DNA of 64,000 nt from assembly GCA_030390025.1 (NCBI GenBank), contig JASTWF010000033.1, positions 3,164,001-3,228,000 on the forward strand, written 5' to 3'. Positions 13,441-25,259 of the stretch are shown piece after piece. The stretch's first letter is position 1, and every line of letters begins with the position of its first letter. The notes under the pieces were generated by a model. The model did not search any database. It was not told the DNA's origin and saw only the letters and a program-made list of their open reading frames with translations. The DNA is from Squalus acanthias. Its lineage: Eukaryota. Made by a program: the position numbers and the translations under genes.

Positions 13441-15180
13441 CATAAAAACATAGAAACATAGAGGATAGGAGCAGGAGTAGGCCATTCGGCCCCTCGAGCC
13501 TGCTCCGCCATTCGATGATATCATGGCTAATCATCCAAACTCAGCACCCTGTACCTGCCTTCTCCCCATATCCCTTGATACCTTTAGCTTTAAGAAATAT
13601 ATCTAACTCATTCTTGAATATATTTAATGACTCGGCCTCAACTACCTTCCGTGGTAGAGAATTCCACAGGTTCACCACTGTTTGGGTGAAGAAATTCTTC
13701 CTCATTTCTGTCCTAAATTGCTTACCCGTTATGCTTAGATTATGACCCATGGTTCTGGACTTTCCGACCATCAGGGACATTCTTCCTGCATCTAGTTTGT
13801 CCAGACCTGTCAGAATTTTATATGTTTCGATGAGATCCCCTCTCATTCTTCTATACTCCAGCGAGTATAAGCCCAATCGACCCAATCTCTCCTCATATGT
13901 CATTCCTGCCATCCCAGGTATCAGCCTTGTGAATCTTCGCTGAACTCCTTCCATGGCAAGAACATCCTTCCTCAGATAAGGCGACCAAAACTGCACACAG
14001 TACTCAAGGTGTGGTCTCACCAAGGCCCTGCTCAACTGCAGCAGGACATCCCTGTTCCTATACTCAAACCCTTTCGCTATGAAGGCCAACATACCATTTG
14101 CCTTCTTCACCGCCTGCTGCACCTGCATGCTTACTTTCAGCGACTGGTGCACAAGGACACCCAGGTCTCGTTGCACCTCCCCTTCTCCCAATCTATTGCC
14201 ATTCAGATAATAGTCTGCCTTTCTGTTTTTGACACCAAAGTGGATAACCTCGCAATTATCCACGTTATATTGCATCTGCCACGCTTCTGCCCACTCACCC
14301 AATCTGTCCAAATCATCCTGGAGTTTCTCGGTATCCTCCTCGCAGCACACACTCCCACCCAGCTTTATGTCATCTGCAAACTTGGAGATATTACATTTAG
14401 TTCCGTTATCTAGATCATTAATGTATATTGTGAATAGCTGGGGTCCAAGGACCGATCCCTGCGGTACACCACTAGTCACTGCTTGCCACTCGGAAAAAGA
14501 CCCATTAATTCCAACTCTCTGCTTTCTGTCCGCCAACCAGTTCTCTACCCAATTCAATACCTTGCCCCCAATCCCATGTGGCTTAACGTTACACGCTAAT
14601 CTCTTATGTGGGACCTTATCGAAAGCCTTTTGAAAGTCCAAATACACCACATCTACTGGTTCTCCCTTATCTATTTTCCCAGTTACATCCTCAAAAAATT
14701 CCAATAGATTAGTCAAGCATGGTTTACCTTTTGTAAATCCATGTTGACTTTGTCCGATCCTGTCACTGTTTTTCAAGTGCTCAGCTATTACATCCTTTAT
14801 AATGGACTCTAGCATTTTCCCCAATACCGATGTCAGGCTTACCGGTCTGTAATTCCCCGCTTTCTCTCTACCACCCTTTTTGAATAGTGGGGTAACATTG
14901 GCTACCCTCCAATCCATGGGTACAGTTCCAGATTCCATCGAATGTTGGAAGATGATCAGCAATGCATCTACTATTTCTAGGGCCACTTCCTTAAGTACCC
15001 TAGGATGTAGATTATCAGGCCCTGGGGATTTATCGGCCTTCAATCGCGTCAATTTCCCTAACACCATTTCCCTGCAAATACTGATTTCTATCAGTTCCTC
15101 CCGTTCATCAGACCGTATGTTCTCCAACATCTCTGGGAGGTTATTTGTGTCCTCCTTTGTGAAGACAGAACCAAAATATG
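13441..15180 (-). mobile_element. 5'-truncated CR1 LINE with uninterrupted RT reading frame
   Basis: 563-aa ORF 13541-15232 with all RT motifs through the natural C-terminus; catagaaa-type tail at ~13441-13461. Confidence 0.95.
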
Positions 15181-16319
15181 CAGAGAGAGAAAGATGGGTG
15201 TGATAGGATTGTGGCAGCCTCGGGGGAGACAAATTTTGGATGACACAGAGAGAAAAGGATGAGTGTGATAGGATGGAGGAGGCAGAAGGTAGAAACAGAT
15301 GGAAGTTGAAATGGCAGATAAATTAAATAAATACTTTGTTTCTGTCTTCATGGAGGAAGACACAAACAACCTTCCAGAAATACGAGAAAACCAAGGGTGT
15401 GGCGAGAATGAGGAACTTAAAGAAATTGTTATTAGTAAAGAAACAGTACTAGCAAAATTAACGTGACTTAAAGTCGATAAATTCCAACGACCGGATGACC
15501 GACATCCTAGTGTTTTGAAAGAGGAGTCCCTTTGGATAGCGGAGGCATTGGTTATCATCTTCCAAAATTCTATAGATTCTGGAAGGTTCCTGCAGATCGG
15601 AGGGTAGCAAATTCATACCCGATATTTAAGAAAGGAGGGAGAGAGAAAATGGGGAACTACAGATCTGTTAGCCTCACATCAGTAGTTGGGAAAATGCTGG
15701 AATCTATTATAAAGGCATGCAATAACTGAACACTTAGAAACTAATAATAAGATTGGGCAGAGTCAACATGGATTTATGAAAGGGAAATCCTGTTTGACAA
15801 ACCTATTGGAGTTCATTGAGGATGTAACTAGTGGAGTAGACAAAGGGGAACCGGTAGATGTGGTGTATCTGGATTTTCAGAAGGCCTTCGATTAGGTCCC
15901 ACACAAGAGGTTGGTGAACAAAATTAGGGCACATGGAATTGGGGGTAATATACTAGCATGGATTGAGAATTGATTAACAGACAGAAAACAAAGTGTAGGG
16001 ATAAATGGGACTTTTTCAGGATGGCAGGCTGTGACTAGTGGGGTCCCGCAAGGATCAGTGCTCGGGCCCCAGCTATTCACAATCTATATCAATGATTTGG
16101 ATGAGGGGACCTAATGTGACATTTCCAAATTTACTGATGTTACAAAGCTAGGTGACAGTGTCAGTTGTGAAGAGGATGTGAAGAGGCTTCAAGGGGATCT
16201 CGACAGTCTCAGTGAGTGGGCGAGAACATGGCAGATGGAATATAACATGGATAAATGTGAAGTTACCCACATTGGTACAAAAAAAAAAGGCAGAGTATTT
16301 CCTAAATGGTGAAAGAGTG

Positions 16320-17837
16320 AGAAGTCGCACAACACCAGGTTATACAGTTATACAGTCCAACAGTTTTATTTGAAATCACAAACTTTCGGAGCTGCTGCCC
16401 CTTCGTCAGGTGAATGAAGGAATACGAATCGGCAAAGCATATATAGACAGAGAACAATGACTGTGTAGTGTACAATGTCAGACGACTACAGTTAAACTTT
16501 CTGACTGCCTTTTATCACCTCGGCACAGAAACAATCAGGTCAGGAAGGCATTCTATCGAAGACATGGCAAGATATAGCTAAGACAATGAGGTGGGGTCAC
16601 AGGGGGTCTAATGTGTCAAATGCAGTCTGTATAAACTTTAAAATGTTAACTTTTTTTAATGGAAATCACATCTGTGAACAAGCAAACGACGACTCGAGTC
16701 TGGATGACTCTACGTCATGTAGCGTGACATGAATCCAAGAACCCGGTTGAGGCCGTCCTCATGGGTGTGCACCTTGGCTATCAGTTTCTGCTCGATGATT
16801 TTGCGTTGTCGTGTGTCTCGAAGGCCGCCTTGGAGAACGCTTACCTGCAGATCCGAGGCTGAATGTCCTTGACTGCTGAAGTGTTCCCCGACTGGGAGGT
16901 AACAATCCTGCCTGGCGACTGTTGCGTGGTGTCCGTTCATACGTTGTCTCAGTGTCTGCATGTTCTCGCCGATGTACCATGCTCCGGTGCATCCTTTCCT
17001 GCAATGTATGAGGAAGACAACGTTGGCCGAGTCACATGAGTATGTACCATGTACCTGGTGGGTAGTGTCCTCACATGTGATGATGGTATCTGTGTTGATG
17101 ATCTGGCATGTCTTGCAGAGGTTGTCGTGGCAGGGTTGTGTGGTGTCGTGGACGCTGTTATCCTGAAAGCTGGCTAATTTGCTGCGAACGATGGTACTTT
17201 TGAGGTTAGGCGGCTGTTTGAAGCCGAGTAGTGGAGGCGTGGGGATGGCCTTAGCGAGGTGTTCGTCGTCATCGATGACATGTTGAAGGCTGCGAAGAAC
17301 ATGGCGTAGTTTCTCCGCTCCGGGGAAGTACTGGACGACGTAGGGTACTCTATTGGTTGTGTCCCGGTTTGGCCATCTGAGGAGGTCTATGCGATTTTTC
17401 GCTGTGGCCCGTCGGAACTGTCGATCGATGAGTCGAGCGTCATATCCAGTTCTTACTAGGGCGTCTTTCAGCGTCCGTAGGTGTCCATCGCGTTCCCCCT
17501 CGTCTGAGCAGATCCTGTGTATTCGCAGGGCTTGTACATAGGGGATGGCTTCTTTAACGTGGTTAGGATGGAAGCTGGAGAAATGGAGCATCGTGAGGTT
17601 GTCCGTGGGCTTGAGGTAGAGTGAATTGCTGATGTGTCCGTCTTTGATGGAGATTCGTGTGTCCAGGAATGAAACCGATTCTGAGGAGTAGTCCATGGTG
17701 AGTTTGATGGTGGGATCGAACTTCTTGATGTTATCGTGAAGTCTTTTCAGTGATCCTTCGCCGTGGGTCCAATGGAAGAAAATGTCGTCGATATATCTGG
17801 TGTACAGCGTTGGTTGGAGGTCTGTGCAGCGAAGAAG
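16320..17837 (-). mobile_element. 5'-truncated Penelope-like retroelement, family A (RT C-terminus, GIY-YIG endonuclease, 3' pLTR)
   Basis: 328-aa ORF 16710-17696: SFLDT..LYLKPTD, CKTC, SCDSANVVFLIHCRKGC..WYIGE, HFSSQGH, GLN. Upstream RYIDDIF motif. TSD tggtgaaagagtg (16307-16319 / 17838-17850). Confidence 0.93.
16377..16412 (-). ncRNA. Minimal hammerhead ribozyme motif in Penelope 3' pLTR
   Basis: CAC-CTGACGA-A-GGGGC agca GCTCC-GAAA-GT-TT-GTG; the palindrome is mutated (AAGTTT). Confidence 0.7.
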
Positions 17838-18594
17838 TGGTGAAAGAGTGGGGAATGCAGATGCTCAAAGGGTCTTGGGTGTCCTTGTACATGAGTCACT
17901 GAAAGTGAATGTGCAGGTGCAGCAAGCCATTCGGAGGGCAAATGGTAGGCTGGCTTTCCTTACATTAGGATTTGAGTGTAGGAGTAAATAAGTCTTACTC
18001 CAATTATATAGGGCCTTGATGAGACCACACCTGCAGTTCTGTGTACAATTTTGGTCTCCTTACCTGAAGAAAATTATACTGGCCATTGAGGGAGTGCAAC
18101 GAAGGTTCACGAGAGTGATTGCTGGGATGGCTGGACTGTCATATGAGAAGAGATTGCGTAAACTAGGCCTATATTCTCTTGAATTCAGAAGAATGAGAGG
18201 GGATCTCAATGAAGCATACAAAATTTTTACTGGACTTGATAGGGTGGATGCTGGGAGAATGTTTCCCTTGGCTGGGGAGTCTAGAACCAGGGTCCACAGA
18301 CTCAGGATAAAGGGTAGGCCATTCAGGACTGAGATGAGAAGACATTTCTTCACACAGAGGCTGGTGAATCTTTGGAATTATCTACCCCAGAGGGCTATGG
18401 AGGCTCAGTCATTGGTTATATTCAAAACAGATGTCGATAGATTTCTGACTAGTAAAGGCAACAAGGGATATGGTGATGGCGCCGGTGTATGGAGTTGAGG
18501 TAGAAGATGAGCCATGATCTCATTGAAAGGCGGAGGAGTTTTGAAAGGCCGAATGGCCTACTCCTGCTCTTATTTCTTTTGTTCTTATGTCTGT

Positions 18595-18740
18595 AGGTGT
18601 CAAAAACATGGCCGTTTGCAGGTGAAACAAACACGGCCCTCTCTATGTAACACAAAGAAGGCCGTGTGTAGCTGACACAATCATGGCCGTGTGTAGGTCA
18701 GACAAACGTGGGCGTCTTTAGGTGAAACAAACATGGACGT
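18595..18740. repeat. Degenerate 25-bp tandem repeat, ~6 units
   Basis: aggtgaaacaaacatggccgtgtgt-like units starting at 18595, 18620, 18645, 18670, 18695, 18720. Confidence 0.75.
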
Positions 18741-18867
18741 CAGCTCGCAGAGGTCCTCTTCACTAATTGGAAATATGTTTATCTTTTCCTTATTCCACTT
18801 CTTATATGAGCTGTTGCCCTGAATTTACTCACAACTCTCCCACAACAAGAGCCGCGGCGGCAGCAGC

Positions 18868-18956
18868 GGCCGCGTGCCCTTAAGGATAAGGACTTTGACT
18901 TCGGTGTTTATTTTGAAGTTCTCAGAAAATTGCAGGCTCGAGTCCTGCCACGGTCG
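18868..18956 (+). pseudogene. tRNA-Arg(TCG)-like gene with a 16-nt intron-like insert, probably a pseudogene
   Basis: Matches vertebrate Arg-TCG (GGCCGCG..GGATAAGG..GACTTCGG / TCAGAA..TTGCAGG.TCGAGTCCTGCC.CGGTCG); insert 18905-18920 follows position 37; substitutions in the D arm and T loop. Confidence 0.75.
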
Positions 18957-19196
18957 TTACCCACACAGGGCGACACCTTCACTTCTCTGAATCTGTCTTC
19001 CAACCGACCATTTCTCACAGTCTCTTACCTGATTTAACGGGAGGCCTTTTGCTTACAGACGCTGATTGTACATTTTCACCATTGTAGATTTGGGTGCACG
19101 GGCAGGATAAGCCATGAACCGAGACTTTCTTTCAGAATAGTTCTGTTTAGATGCAAATAGCAGGAAATGGAATGGCTGAGGTCAAATCATCCATGA

Positions 19197-19278
19197 GACG
19201 AGTTGGCCGAGATGTTAAGGCGATGGACTGTTAATCCATTGCGTCCTGCCCGCCTGGTTTCGAATCCCATCTTCAACG
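19197..19278 (+). pseudogene. tRNA-Ser(GCT)-derived pseudogene, anticodon now GTT
   Basis: 82 nt colinear with vertebrate Ser-GCT (GACGAG..TTAAGGCGATGGACTG.TAATCCATTG..TTCGAATCCCATC); acceptor and T stems carry mismatches. Confidence 0.8.
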
Positions 19279-19629
19279 TTATTCTGTGATACGTTTGATG
19301 CTGATAAAGCTTTCGAGCATTTCAATGAATCTTACGTAAAATAGCTTTTGAATCGTGACCTTGTCAAAACCACACAGGGGATTCTGGTCTGTACTATATC
19401 TTGTTCAAATTAAAACAGAGTACTGGAATTCTTCAACTCTTTGAATGTACGTGGAACAGCGATCGCGAATCGGCGATAGAAATTCCCTTTCCTCTGTGAT
19501 TGGCACAGAAATAAACACGAGCGGGAAAACAAATGATTAGGGAGCAGAAACATAACTTTATCGTTTAGGAAGAAATAGAATTTCAAACATATTTACCAAC
19601 CTTAATGACGAGATTAACTGTTTTAGTGT

Positions 19630-19852
19630 CTTTGGTTGAGTGATAAATAATGGGCAGTACAATGGGCAGAAATCATCGTTCTTTTCGACAGACGCTCATG
19701 GCATCTGACGCCTCGGTTTAACGCCTTGTGAGAAAGACGGCACCGCCGACAGTGCAACTCTCCCTCAGTACTGCTCTGGAGTGTCAGCCTGGATTATGTG
19801 CTCAAGTCTCTGGAGGGGGCTTGAGTTTACTGCCGCTGAGCCTAGGCTGACA
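19630..19852 (-). mobile_element. Deu-domain SINE fragment (SacSINE1-like)
   Basis: cctcggtttaacg..gaaagacggcacc.ccgacagtgca..ccctcagtactgc; same family as 53961-54320. Confidence 0.7.
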
Positions 19853-20042
19853 GCTAAAATCAGCTGGAGTGAAATGACGGAGATAAAAGGAAAAATGATA
19901 CTGGATTAAAACTTCAACTTGGCGCCCAAGAATAAACCGGGCATCGTAATCGGCCACCTGTTATAGAAACCGCCCGATTTATGTTGCCGTCGATTTCATA
20001 AGCATTGTAAATCTATATTTGCCGGGGTGGTGGTCAGTTGCA

Positions 20043-20139
20043 GATCATTCTGTTTATGTTTAAACCGGGAAGGCTCACAGTCCCGGATCATTGTGTGTCT
20101 GCTTAAACCGGGAACGCTCACAGTCCAGATCATTCGGTG
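20043..20139. repeat. ~42-43-bp tandem repeat (2+ units) truncated by the LTR
   Basis: gatcatt..ttaaaccgggaa.gctcacagtcc occurs twice; the third gatcattc unit runs into the LTR. Confidence 0.7.
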
Positions 20140-20676
20140 TGTTGGTGAAAAATGAATTCACTCGAGTCCGTCTCAAAGCAGAAGATCACAGTTTATTTAT
20201 AAGAGCGATCTGGGAGAAGAGCCATAGACCCCGCGGTCTAGTGATCCACTTCTCGACGTTACAGTGGTATTGGAAGTTCTTTATACATTATGGTGTCGGC
20301 ACGTAATTCATTACATACAATTTTCTTCACCCAATCACATTCCGCCAGCAACAGGCTCGTAATTATAAACAGCACTTTAAGCTATATTTTTACTTCCCTA
20401 CCGAAACTATAAACATAAAGTGCTGCGTCACATCTGTCTGGCTTGACTGGCTGGTCATGCGGTGATTGGTTCTCAAGTGTAACCGTTGTACTTTTATTGT
20501 CTTAGTGGGCCTCCATGGTGGGCCTCACACCTACGCATGTTGACCACAGACATTACTCATCGCACTGTGTCAGCGAAACCATTCTGCATTTAGAATTTAC
20601 CTTTTACAGCACATTTTTAAAGTTACATTCTTTAACTTTCACATTGCTGCTTTAAGCCCTATTATTTTTTCTAACA
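20140..20676 (-). repeat. 3' LTR
   Basis: Minus strand TGTTAG...CCAACA; TATA-like TATAAA and AATAAA inside; preceded by purine-rich AGGAGGGAC. Confidence 0.9.
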
Positions 20677-20872
20677 GTCCCTCCTGTTGGTCCCTGATCT
20701 AAACTCCTTTTGTGACAGGGAACCAGCATCATACGGATTTCTGGTAAGGCAAGTAGACATGTTTACATTCCAGGTGTTCACAGTCCATCAGTCAGACTGT
20801 GGCATCCTGGTATAGGGACTCATATCCACACATCTCTCTTTCCGGGTGTCACTTGATTAACCATCATGACAC

Positions 20873-21977
20873 TTACAGCAGGCCGTGACATTTAGCGCAA
20901 CAACATTTTAACAATAGGGCCAGACCATACATCACTAATATTATAACAAAGAACAAAATCAATCCTTTTACTACTGATGTCCCGAGTGATCCCAACCATC
21001 CAGTTGCCCAGCCCCAAAGGGTGGATGCCGGAGGTTGTTTTAATGTCTTTACTTCTTCCTGTATGTGTTCTGCCAAGTTAGTTATTGCTTCTGAGTTATC
21101 TGGTATGTAGGTACAACATTCTGTACCTATTAGGGCACAGGTTCCCCTTTTTCCGCCAATACATAGTCAAGGGCCATCCGATTTTGTAGAGCAACTGTGC
21201 GGAGGGCTACCATCTCTGCATTAACCTTAACTAGGCCTTCAGCTGTATCATTGGCCACCTGCTCCAAGTCGGAGGCCAGGTTAATGGATTCCCTTGCCAA
21301 TTTACCCGCTCCATTCTCAGGGCAACCAGGGATAGGTCCTACGACCGCACACGAAATGAGTCCCGTTGTCGGGGGTATATTATTTACCTCTGGGTGTCCC
21401 ATTGTACTGAAAAGTCACCGCTTCTGTTTACTGATGGGAGTTTCACACTACCCGTTTCACCAGGCAAGGCAATGTTATATGCACAGTTACTTTAGCCCAC
21501 AAAAGGATCTGTCGGTCGTCCCCTCTTTACGAGACATAGTCCCCCCCCTTTGTTCCTTCGCACTCTATGTTTACAGTTTCGGTAGGAATCGTTATATGTT
21601 GATCGTGTCCACCTACTACAATATTCTGGGTTGTACCCATGACGTTGGAGCTTTACTATAATTCTGCCGTCTGTCTTGGCTTCATAACAGCCCCTACTTG
21701 TGCATCCTGCTCTAACTCCAAACATCCAACTGACCGTCTCATCATCACTAAGTGGGATAGGTTGTCGGGGGACTCCTTCCTCCGAGTGCGTGGGGACATG
21801 GGTGCAGACCCAACAGCTGGCAACATCAACTCTCTTGGCATATGTGTATGACATATATAAAAATGTGTTCACCCGTAACCCTATTTTGGCCCGTGGGGGT
21901 ACTCTAGCCTGAGTCCTCCCGAGGCTACACATTATGATTATATAAACTAGGAAACTACACATGATATTGCGTAACAC
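20873..21977 (-). pseudogene. env: Retroviral env (gamma-type), frameshifted and internally deleted
   Basis: Signal-peptide-like MCSFLVYIIIMCSLG; SU CWVC; NGTHFVCG..YPWLP; ISD LQNRMALDYVLAEKG; CX6CC (CALIGTECC) in a shifted frame; TM LILFFVIILVMYGLALLL. Confidence 0.9.
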
Positions 21978-22317
21978 GTTCCTCTTATCACTTTATGTTA
22001 ACAATGTCCCAAAGGCTATATCGCCAACCGAACCGCTTTGTTACTTGAAGATTCTATTTTCCTGTGGGGGTGAATAGAATACTGTCATTAGGCTGGTTCC
22101 TCAATAGTAATCATTTGGATTCCCTCCTCCTGCTCGACCGGTTGGAGTCAATGGGATTGTTTCCATACATGCTTCACGACACATCGCATAGTGTATCCCA
22201 TTATGACAATGCATATTGTCCATAACATCGTCCGTACTAGCGCCCATTCCCATTCTTTGAATTGTCTAACGTATTCTTCACTTCCCTCAAAAGGTACATG
22301 CTCTCTTGTAGCCATTT

Positions 22318-23675
22318 TTAAGCTGGCGAAGGGTCATAGACTTTTTGCTGTGTCCAGTGCTTCCATCGTCCCATGCCCTTCATATCAATGCAAGCACACG
22401 TATCTCCACTAATTAGAATCTGATATGGTCCTGACCATCTTGGGGCAAAACCGGGTTTCCCTGGTAAACCTTTAACCATTACCTTAGTCCCGGCTGGAGG
22501 GTTATATGGAAACGCGGTCAATTCTAAAACCTTATCCTTTTCTTCCTGTCTGTCCCGCGTTTGCCTCCTCATTTCCTTTAATTGACTGCTTAATTCGAGG
22601 ACATACCTTCGGAGCTTATCCTTTAGAGGACGCACATCCTCTTCTCCAGTTATTATGCCATGGGGGAGTTGCATTGCCCTCCCCGTCATTAGCTCATATA
22701 TTGATAAGCCCGTTGTTCGGTTTCGGGTGGCTCTTAGTTTCATTAAGACTGCTGGGAAAACATCTACCCACTGTTGATGTTTGTCCCCTGAAGCCTTGGC
22801 TACAGCTGTTTTCAAGGTTCGATTCATTCGTTCCACCATTCCAGAACTCTGGGGATGGTACGGAATGTGGAATTTCTGCTTTATGCCCATCCACTTGCAT
22901 ACATTCTTCACTACTGCTCCCGTAAAGTGAGTTCCCTGATCTGAGTCAATTTGGATCGGTATTCCCCACCTGGGAATTATTTCCTCTGCCATTATTCGTG
23001 CCACGGTGGTGGCAGTACAGTTCCGGGTTGGAAATGCCTCAACCCACCTAGTAAACTGGTCTGTTATTACCAGGCAATACCTCTTACCCCTTGACCTGGG
23101 GAGGGGTCCGGTGAAGTCTATTTGTATATTTTCCCATGGGCCCCTCGGCCGTGGTTGGTGGGCCATCCGTATCTTAATGGGTCGTCCTGTGTTGTGCTGG
23201 GCACACGCGATACACCGCTGGCACTCTTTTGCTACCTCTCTTCCTAACCAGGCCACCACCATTCTTTACTTATTAGGTCAATCATCGGCCCTCTTCCTGT
23301 ATGGGCGTCTGCATGGTGTTGTTCTAAGAGCATTTGTCTGATACATGCAGGGGCTATCACCATCCCGTTTTTCCGCCATATAGCTTCCTTGTCTGATCTC
23401 CCTCCTGTGCGGTACCATTCCTGTTTCTCCCCTTCTTGGGTCTCTTTGTGTAATTTCCTAATAGCTATTTCTTCCACCTGTGCACTGGCTATGTTTTCTT
23501 CAACCACTTCTTGTTCAAGAGCTTGCTGTGCTGCTAAATCAGCGGCATGGTTCCCTTTTTGTTCCTGATTTTGTATTTTCTGGTGCGCCTTTATTTTTAT
23601 TACTGCTGCTAGCGTTGGGGCCTTTGCGGCTTCCAAGAGGGCCTCTATCCGCTGCTGGTGTTTTATACGATCCAC
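22318..23675 (-). pseudogene. pol: pol remnant: RNase H C-terminus and integrase, one frameshift near 23250
   Basis: IKIKAH..GNHAAD; HH..H / CIAC zinc finger; QIDFT, DSDQG, VERMN (DDE); PRWSGPY. Confidence 0.93.
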
Positions 23676-23679
23676 TCTT

Positions 23680-24788
23680 TAGCATCTATGTAACACGTCC
23701 ACTGGACCGCCGCATCATATGTATTCGCCGCCACTATTCACATTTTTAATATCGCTTGGTGGGATTGGGACAACCCGTCCTTAAACATTTGAATAAAGGG
23801 CTGGTCTGTCATCTGGGGATCTGCTTGTCCCGATGATTCCTGGTATACGACGAACAATCGTTTGCCATAATTACTACTGCTTTCCCCGTTCCGCTGTTTT
23901 ATCATCATTATACGTCCCCAATTGGGTGAGGATCCACCTAAGGCCGCCTGGACCGCTGTTTTAAAGGGGTTGTAGGCCGCGAGTTGGGCCGTCTTGTCCG
24001 TAATTAAGGCGATTTGGCCGCCCCAGCCATCGTCTTGGTGGCCGTTTTGTTTATCCACCTCCCTCCATTTATCAGCTGGGCATTTAGCCCGTACTAACTG
24101 GTGGATGTCCCGAGGATGGAGGTTGTGTAAATCCCACATCTCCTCGAGATTTCTCCAAAATTCCCCATTTGTGCTACGGGGCTTCAATGTTCCCAAATCT
24201 TTCAATATTGTTTGTTTTTCTAAGGGGCTAAAAGCTTGGTACTTGGCTGTGGGATTTTGTACCGTTCCCCCTCTTTTTAAAGGGGCTGCCTTGACTGCGT
24301 TTGGGTTTTTTTTCTCTTTCTGTAAGTTTTCATCATCACTGTCTTCCATGGAAGGTGCGGATGCCTCTGGGCGTAAGGAGGTGGCCTCTCGTCCTCATTT
24401 TCGGAGCCCTGGACTTTTACCGAGGCGCACAAATGTGCCCGCCTTTCATTCCATAGTTCCGTTTTGTCCCATCAAGGACCGTCTGGCCTCCTTTGTATAA
24501 TACTGACACTTGTTCAAATTCCAGAATTCTTTCACGTTTACTTGCAAGTCTAGTGTGGAGTCGCGGCACCTTGTTAGTTAATGCGACTAATTGGTTTCCT
24601 AGTATCACCCCCTCCTTTTTTGTCTTTTTCTGTTTTTGACCCTCCCACCACTCTCTTTTTACTTTCGGATTCTGGAGCGGGTCCCACCCCTCCTTCATCA
24701 TCTTATCAACTAAGCCCTTCCGGTCGTCTGCATAGAACCTAGTAAGGGACCACATTGGTCCCCATTCTATTTCTTTCCCCGACGCCAT
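23680..24788 (-). pseudogene. gag: gag, frameshifted
   Basis: ORFs 24417-24788 and 23738-24349 lie downstream of the PBS; MHR-like IKQRNGESSSNYGKRL and FKDGL. Confidence 0.8.
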
Positions 24789-25259
24789 TTGTAGTCCAAC
24801 TTACAGTCTTACCAAATTCTGAGTTCCTCAACTCGGGCTTGTTCATGAAAATTTAAAGACCTTCAAGCGGTTAATTAGTCACAACACACATATATATTTG
24901 CTGACTTCACGGTCCCAGGGTGTTTTGGAGCCTCTACCTCTACTTGATCCTAGCCGTCACATGGGACTATGTCCTCTTAAGTCAGACTCAGGCTAGGTGT
25001 TAGAGACAGGCACCCTCCTTGTCCATGTCGTTCCGTCACTCACTCATTCCTTCGCGACATTTATCGCTACACAGTGTTCCCTTTAGTACTTGCGATCCGC
25101 ACTCTCACAACTGTGTTCTCCTACCTCTCGCAGACTTTACTTGATTCGTGATGCTACTGGCACTGTCACTCCACCTTTCCAGGTGACTCAATTTCTGGAT
25201 GGTCAAAATTGACTTCTCGTCCGGGTTCACCGGTGCGGGTGGTCTTTCAGTTCCAGAGC

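Larger units (their letters stand above)
6990..15300. repeat. ~66-bp minisatellite (gatggtgggtgacacagagagagaaggatgggtgtgataggatggaggaggcagaagggagagaca) in blocks ~6990-8075, 10338-11390, 12186-13440, 15180-15300, split by CR1 insertions
   Basis: Directly visible tandem units; 22-aa periodicity in the spurious ORFs. Confidence 0.9.
15300..18590 (+). mobile_element. CR1 LINE (decayed RT and 3'UTR) interrupted by a Penelope element
   Basis: CR1 RT sequence stops at 16319 and resumes at 17838; C-terminal ORF 18016-18498. Confidence 0.9.

Noticed and set aside
3924..13534. Pro/Ser/Leu-rich ORFs of 100-370 aa
   Set aside because: Translations of the GA-rich and 66-bp repeats.
20873..21977. Domesticated syncytin-like env
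   Set aside because: Several frameshifts and stops, plus loss of the cleavage site and fusion peptide.
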